64,000 nucleotides of DNA from Euglena gracilis (taxonomy: Eukaryota), in assembly GCA_039621445.1 (NCBI GenBank), contig CP154954.1, positions 15,704,140 through 15,768,139 on the forward strand, read 5' to 3'. Positions 38,001-64,000 of the stretch are shown here, in pieces. The notes under the pieces were generated by a model. That model was given only the letters and a program-made list of their open reading frames with translations. It had not been told where the DNA came from and made no database searches. How positions within the stretch are numbered: the first letter of the stretch is position 1; the number at the start of each line of letters is the position of its first letter. The position numbers were made by a program, and so were the translations under genes.

Positions 38001-38226
38001 TCTGCAAAAACATTTGGAAAAGAACTGTGTCGTGATAAACTGAACCAGAAAGCTCACCTTCAGACCGTGGTGACATGGGTTGTGTTGTGCAAATTCCGAC
38101 CCAATCAAACCCCAAAACGGAAAGGAAACTGCCACTGCGTGTGCCCATGTGGGCAGCCGCTGCCAGCGGCTGCACCTCGACCTGCGGCGCAAGCGCTCCG
38201 AGGCCGCGGCCGTGGTACCCGTGTGA
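16711..38226 (+). CDS. mnmG: tRNA uridine-5-carboxymethylaminomethyl(34) synthesis enzyme MnmG/GidA, nucleus-encoded, with plastid-targeting presequence; about 26 exons
   Basis: Exons (~ = uncertain by several nt or more): 16711-16903, 17260-~17420, ~19909-20030, 20532-20668, 22863-22985, 23200-23233, 23695-23813, 23994-24047, 24357-24456, 25375-25450, 25745-25815, 25976-26046, 26299-26387, 26812-26864, 26942-26987, 28051-28184, 28524-28605, 28875-28927, 34168-34277, 34750-34809, 35092-~35138, ~35294-35358, 36111-36154, 36761-~36885, ~37474-37632, 38168-38226 (TGA). Motifs: [16 protein letters not shown] (FAD binding), [117 protein letters not shown]. Confidence 0.95.
20031..20531 (+). other. 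Nonconventional intron in mnmG with a perfect 8-bp flanking direct repeat
   Basis: GGGAGGAC(20026-20033)-CAGAC...GTCTG-GGGAGGAC(20527-20534). CAG at +4..+6 and CTG at -8..-6. Removal joins [14 protein letters not shown] in frame. Confidence 0.8.
22986..23199 (+). other. Nonconventional intron (GG...TC) in mnmG
   Basis: CAGGC at +4 pairs with GCCTG ending at -6. Removal restores [15 protein letters not shown]. Confidence 0.85.
23814..23993 (+). other. Nonconventional intron (GG...CG) in mnmG
   Basis: Perfect 10-bp inverted termini CCATGGATTC / GAATCCATGG. Removal restores [12 protein letters not shown]. Confidence 0.85.
25451..25744 (+). other. Nonconventional intron in mnmG with a perfect 8-bp flanking direct repeat
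   Basis: GATGGAGC(25446-25453)-CAAACATTCACTTA...TAAGTGAATCTGTG-GATGGAGC(25740-25747). Removal restores FAVME|PMPGD. Confidence 0.85.
26865..26941 (+). other. 77-nt intermediate intron (GC-AG borders plus nonconventional stem) in mnmG
   Basis: Begins GCC-CAGGGTTTG and ends CAAACCCTG-CCCAG (perfect 9-bp stem). Removal restores [10 protein letters not shown]. Confidence 0.85.
27117..27792. mobile_element. MITE family B (GCATTTTT-rich) in an mnmG intron; homologues at 52085-52889 and 62783-63574
   Basis: Termini CAG(G)nAATGC / GCATT(C)nTG. The three copies share about 250 bp of 3' internal sequence (CTGGTCACAAGTAAG...CCGTCCAGCGCATT). Confidence 0.75.
28606..28874 (+). other. Nonconventional intron in mnmG with a 7/8 flanking direct repeat
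   Basis: GGGCCGCC(28601-28608)-CAGGGGATTTAGTG...CACTCAATACCCTG-TGGCCGCC(28870-28877). Inverted termini match 12/14. Confidence 0.85.
29291..29809. mobile_element. MITE-like insertion inside the 5.2-kb mnmG intron
   Basis: CAGGGGG...CCCCCTG termini, with TTTTAAC duplicated on both flanks. Confidence 0.6.
30900..31400 (+). repeat. 18-bp minisatellite (GATGCAGATGCTGGACAA)n with coding-like variation
   Basis: More than 20 degenerate 18-nt units; reads (QDADAG)n in one frame. Confidence 0.9.
37690..37775. repeat. 7-bp tandem repeat (GGGAATT)n
   Basis: Directly visible, in the last mnmG intron. Confidence 0.9.
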
Positions 38227-39380
38227 CGCATGTGACACGTGTGACATATGTGGCACGTGTGAAACGTGTGACACATGTGGCACGTGTGACGCGTGCGACA
38301 CCGATACTGCGCCCCGCCCTCCCTGCGAAAACCCCTGGAGAGGACGAGGGCCCCCGCTATGGGATCCTCCTCTGCACACATTGGAACCTTCTGACTGCGC
38401 GTTGCTGATCCAGTTCAATTTAATTTGCGGAGGTTCATGTGTCTTTGCAGCAAATGGCGGGAGGGCGTCCAAATGAAGGGAGAGTGTGCCCCAACCTATT
38501 GAAATTGACGTGCGAGTGTGGTATCAGCCCTCCGCCCCCCCCCTTCTCGACCTGAAGTCTAAACAGGCTGAATTTAAGGCGAGGCCGACCCACCTGGGAG
38601 CCTGGGCAGGAACTCCAAGGCACCTGGATCCGACCCCCGGGGGGTTGGGCAATTGTCCAAAAGTATCCACATTTGACTGATGGGGACTTCTCGTTCCGAA
38701 GGCGGTGGAGGCCTAGAACAGCCCATTTTTGGACACTTTTTTGGCCCACAACTAGGCAAGCACCGAACCCCCTCAGGGGTAGTGCCTGCCTGCCTACTCA
38801 CTCCGAGACCCCGCTTCCCCGGGATTGGTCAAGTTCAACCATAATTAATGCCGCAGACCGCCTAACAAGTTTATTTTATTATTTTAAGCTTATTTGTTGT
38901 TATTTACTTGAAATGGCTTCTTTCCATCACAATGGCTTGCGACGACAGCAGGTCCCCTGACTCTGTCACCGGGTGGTTTTTTCTTCATGTGCTATACACA
39001 AAACTGTAGAGATTTTGTTTTTGAAACGCTGGCTTGTCCTTGAAGGCGACGCAGAAAAACAAAGGAAAAGGCATTCGGGAAACGGAAAAGCGCTAATTGC
39101 CCCTCCAACAAAGCTGAACAGGAAATTATGGGGGTGGATGGCAGCATTTCTGATGATGGGATGCTGGGATGGGAGATGTTGAGGAATGCTGGGTGATGCT
39201 GGCATATTTTTTACACACTGTGAAGATTTAAGGTCGTATTTAAGCTCGTATTTAAGCTCGCATTTTGGATAAACGAGCAATCATTCCCCAAATACCCCAA
39301 ATCTCGCTGTTGCACTCCCCCTCGCTGCGCCCGTCCCACAGCGTCACGTGCCCGACTCCCCGGTCAGGGGTGGGCGGGCC

Positions 39381-59830
<20,450 letters not shown>

Positions 59831-59861
59831 TGTGCGCTGTGCAGGGCAGAAGTTGGTTTCC

Positions 59862-62800
59862 TGTTGCCCATGATCAATCAGCCAGCTTCAACTATCACTG
59901 ATGGGTTCCACAGAAAGGTATGCTGTTGTTGAGGTTTGGATACCGTGCCGGGTGACATTCTGCCAACTGCCCAACTCCGTCGCGGTTCCCGGAGGTTGGG
60001 TTGAGTTCAGGGGGTTTCGGAGGGCCGGAGGGTACCCTACGCCCCGGGGGGGGAGGTCAAGAAACCAGCAGCCCAAATTCGGGCTGGGAGCCCCTCCCCC
60101 GGGGGGTCAAGTGAAATAAAGTTGTGTCCAGCCCGGCCGGAGGCCGGACCAGCCGACCGCAGGCCGGCCAGCCAATTTGGCTACCCAGCTCACCTATCCC
60201 TGCATTTTTTCCCCTCATCACAGCTTCCTCCATCACAGCCCCCCAGCCTTGACCTAGCTCCATCCATCAAAATGTCGAAAATGCAAAAATGTTTCAGAAA
60301 ATTTGTGTTTTTTGTCGACCCCCCCCTCCAGCCCTGACCCCCCCCCCCCCCCCCCTGGTTGACCCTGGTGGGGGGGTCCAACCAGCAGCTCATTTCCAGC
60401 CAGCAGCCTTTTTTGCCAGGGGCAGGCTGGCCCCCGGGGGGGGGGGGTCCTTAAGAAAACCCCTGGTTGAGGTGGTCGGGTTGAGGTGGTCGGGTATTGG
60501 CCGTCCGGGTGGACGCGCCCCCTGCCCCCCTCCACCTGGTCGCTGGCCTGTGCCATTTGCCAACGTCCTCAATCGTCCGTCGCCCCAGGTTCCACTTCCC
60601 CTCCTCTTCCCCCGCGGCCATGGCTGAGAAGGGCGACTACGAGATGCGCAACAAGCACTACGAGTGCTCCCACTGCAGCAAACACTTCCTGAGGCTGGGC
60701 CGCCCACGGCTGCGTGGCAAGGAAAGGGCTCCAAACTGATGTGTGAGAACAAGTGCAATACACACAGCACAGGGAAAGGCAGCCCTGAACTACCAACCCC
60801 CCCAGGTGTTCGAGTAAGTGACATGGGGGTTCCATTTCTTTTAAATCAACCTGATGGGGGTTTTGTCGCATGTTTTGGTGCTTTTGGTGGGTAATTTTTG
60901 GTTAAGGTCTTCTTGGTTGGGGTTGGGAGTTCGGCTTAGACCATCGTTCCAAACCCTCCATGCTACTTTCAAGGTCACGAAAATGCAGGCAATTTGCGTT
61001 CGAAGCCCTCTGGCTCTTAGGCGGCCTAACTCGTATTTGAGGTTTTGAATTTTGCATTGCGCCTAAGCGCAATGTTGCAAACATTCTGAAACCCACCGGT
61101 GAAACCCACCCTTTTGACCCTCTGGTTCTGCGGAGACCCTCCACAGAGGCATGTGCATCATTTGCTGATGTTGGGACCTGGGGAACAGGCCCAATTTTGG
61201 TGTTTTTCAGCCTATGCACCATTTTTAAGACCGTTCAAAACCCTGGGTTTGAACTGTGGGACACGTGAATTTTCCCAAAAAAGGCCCCATTGTGAGTCCC
61301 TCGTTTTTGAAGCCTTGATTGTGTTCCCTGGATGGTGCTACACAGGCTCTCTGCCCGTGAAGGGCTGCTGAGGCGTCCAGAGGGTGGACTCTACACACAC
61401 ATTGTGAAAAAGCGGCGTGTCACAGAGTTGTGATCCCTGGGGGCAACAGCCACGCTGTGGAACAATTTTAAAAATTGTATTTTTATTGCGCTTTGGCGCT
61501 ATGTAATTCTTAAATTTTCATTCTTTCACAAACCTGCCCATTGCGCAGTGGCGCAATGAAAACACATGAACATGTTGCAAGTGCGACAATGGTCACCCAC
61601 ATATGGAATTACAAAAAATTAAAGACATTGCGCCAAAGCTCAACGCGTTTTGTAAGCTGTGCAATGGAGTACCCTCGTTTCATTACCCGGCGCTTTGGGT
61701 TCATTCACACTGTGCTCGCAGACCGCAGAGTTCCAAGTCTTTCCAGCAGAGTTCCAATTTGCTCTCAGCCCCCGGCCCTGGGGGTGTCGGGAGACACTAA
61801 TGCAGATTGTCCTGAACCTCAGGCCTCGGTGTTCGAAAACATAATTTTTTTGACATTGCCCGTCGGCGCAATTTTTACAGTCACTTTCAAAGCTAAGTGC
61901 AAGTTAGCCGCCTGAGTTGTTTAGGGCGAGGGGGGTCAACCCCCCTGTGTCATTTGGACCCCAGGTTCAGTAGGGCTGCCATAAAAAAATATTGAATTTA
62001 AAGGCGAAGAAGGCCAGATAACAGGGTATTTACAAGAAGTTTACGTTTATGTCCATTCATGTGAGTATGTGTATATGCCGCCTTTTGAATGGTAATGTTA
62101 TGCAGCTGTGAAGTCATCTGTATGATCACGTGCGGGTGACAAAGCATATGTGCGTCCGCTGCCTGTCGTGTGACAGGTATCCTGCTCGGCTGCTTCGAAT
62201 TCATGCATGTGCTTTCCTCCAGCGGTATTTTAACGGAATTCAGCTGTGCAGGCAGTTGCAAAAATACACTCCCCCTTCTCCCAGCGACATCACGACGTGG
62301 AAAGAGCGGCTGCGGCATTATGCTCTCACGAAGCACGCCTTAGTGGATGGTCCCATGTTTGTTGCGCAGGTGTGTGTTTTAGTGTCGCGTTGTGTTTCGA
62401 CAGCGACTTTGAAGTCCGTAAATTTTGTGTCTCTCTTTGGCTGCTGACGTTTGCATCTGTTTCTGTCCTGTTGTTTCCTTCCTGCTGAGCCGCTGTAACC
62501 GAAGCGGCGTTTCAGTTGGAGAGGACCCCATTGCCCTGCGGGTTCAAGCCAACCACCAGCTTGTGTGAAAGTGACCCACTTTTGCGTTTGAAAGTGGAAA
62601 ATGTGAATTCGCTTCGGCACAACCCTGACCTGAGTGAAGTTCAACACCTTTTGAACGAGATGGTGTCCATTTTTCCCCAAAATGTCACCTGAATCGATGA
62701 GTTTGCAAGAAAAGTTTTTTGGTTCTTAAGATTTTTTCCCGCCAGCAACCTTTTTCCAAAGCTGGACCCCATCCTCTATCAGCAGGGGGGGGGGGAATGC

Positions 62801-64000
62801 GCTGCGGATTGTTCCGCATTTTTGCGCATTTTTTTGTGCATTTTTGTCAATTTTTCAAAAATGAGCATTTTTTGCACATTTTTGCGCATTTTTTTGCGCA
62901 TTTTTTGCACACACCCCCCATTTTTGCACATTTTCCATTCTTTGGGCATTTTTTGCCCAATTTTGCACATTTTCCAATTTTGCTCATTTTTTTTGCGCAT
63001 TTTTGTCAATTTTTCAAAAATGCGCATTTTTTTGCGCATTTTTTGCACATTTTCCCCCCATTTTTTGCACATTTTCCATTTTTTGGACATTTTTTGCGCA
63101 TTTTTTGCACAATTTTCCATTTATGCGCATTTTCCACCCAAATCACATGCTCACCGAACCCATTTTCGCACTTTTTTTCCACCCAAGGGACCCGCCTCAA
63201 GAGAAAACCCTTGGATGATGAGGTGTGTGTACTCATCCAATGACGATGAGGACACTAGGGGTTTCAGAGACCCCACATTGACACGTAACCAAGGCAGGAA
63301 TCCCACTCCCCTGGTCACAAGTAAGGGGCACCATTGCTGACATTGTTGGTTATGGTGAACGGAGAGTGACGCCTTGGTCATGCATTTTTTGGCCAAAATG
63401 CCTTAATTTCAGCTTTTTTAGGTGATTTTGGTTTAATTTTGGGTTTATTGTTGGAAATTTTTCTAAGTCCTTTTTCCCTTAGGAATGACACAAACTCAGC
63501 GCATTTTTTTGCGCATTTTTTTGCGCATTTTTGCGCATTTTTCCCGAGGGCCGTCCAGCGCATTTCCCCCCCTGTATCAGCGAATTTTATTTTTTGCCCA
63601 CCCCCCCAAATAACAGAGGGTGGTTGGCGCCCCCAAATTGTCCCCTGCAACGTTTTTTATTTGTCTATTTCTCCCTTGCTCCGTTATTTAGAAAACCCCA
63701 TAAATTACGTTTTCTTCAGATAATCTGGTACCCAAATATTATAAAATATTCTCTTTATTGTTTGTATTGAATTTTATGTTTCTATTTGTCAGATGGCAAA
63801 GCAGTCTGTCCTTTCTGTGTTACACCTGCTGATTTTCCGGAAAGATTTTAATGTGTCATTGGAGGTGAAAAAATCTTTGGACATCTCTGCCGTATCTGTT
63901 GCAGGACGGCAACAACCAAGGGAACCGCAAAGTTATTAGCAGATTTTGTTTGTTTCGAAGGGACAACGATTGTGCAAAATAAGATGAGAATGGGTTGATG
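59862..64000 (+). mobile_element. ~4-kb composite dispersed repeat, copy 2 (runs off the window end)
   Basis: Same start motif and identical duplicated ORFs (e.g. 51433-51750 = 62130-62447; 49715-49957 nearly identical to 60497-60739). Confidence 0.8.
60008..60465. mobile_element. hAT-like MITE (family A) nested in the 4-kb repeat; internally deleted counterpart at 49456-49683
   Basis: CAGGGG...CCCCTG termini. Flanks GTTGAGTT / GTTGAGGT (7/8) in both copies. Confidence 0.75.

Noticed and set aside
20501-38226. mnmG as a fragmented pseudogene or bacterial contaminant
   Set aside because: All conserved blocks are present in order and join in frame once nonconventional junctions are used; codon usage matches neighbouring exons and a targeting presequence is present.
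39325-39380. Spliced-leader trans-splicing acceptor upstream of gene 3 (CCCACAG at ~39335-39341)
   Set aside because: Plausible, but indistinguishable from many other pyrimidine-AG sites without 5' cDNA data.

Overview
Eukaryotic nuclear DNA, almost certainly from a photosynthetic euglenid (Euglena-like). This inference rests on a tripartite plastid presequence and on many non-GT-AG introns whose ends base-pair. Nearly all ORFs in the supplied track are artefacts of microsatellites and low-complexity sequence. Splicing by hand recovers three intron-rich genes, all on the + strand. (1) The 3' part of a UFD2/UBE4 U-box ubiquitin ligase (1346-13654; 16 exons, all introns spliceosomal). (2) A complete plastid-targeted MnmG/GidA tRNA U34-modification enzyme (16711-38226; about 26 exons, about 18 of 25 introns nonconventional). 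(3) A long gene of unknown function (39381 to at least about 59830) with mixed intron types. The introns are full of MITEs, a long-TIR element, satellites and a roughly 4-kb repeat present twice. The main observation is that several nonconventional introns are flanked by perfect or near-perfect 8-bp direct repeats lying directly outside CAG...CTG-type inverted termini. Free MITEs in the same window have the same architecture (8-bp TSD plus CAG...CTG TIR). The euglenid +4/-6 pairing rule is exactly the geometry that removes such an element plus one TSD copy. All splice sites are inferred by eye from reading frame, remembered family motifs and end pairing; no RNA evidence was available.
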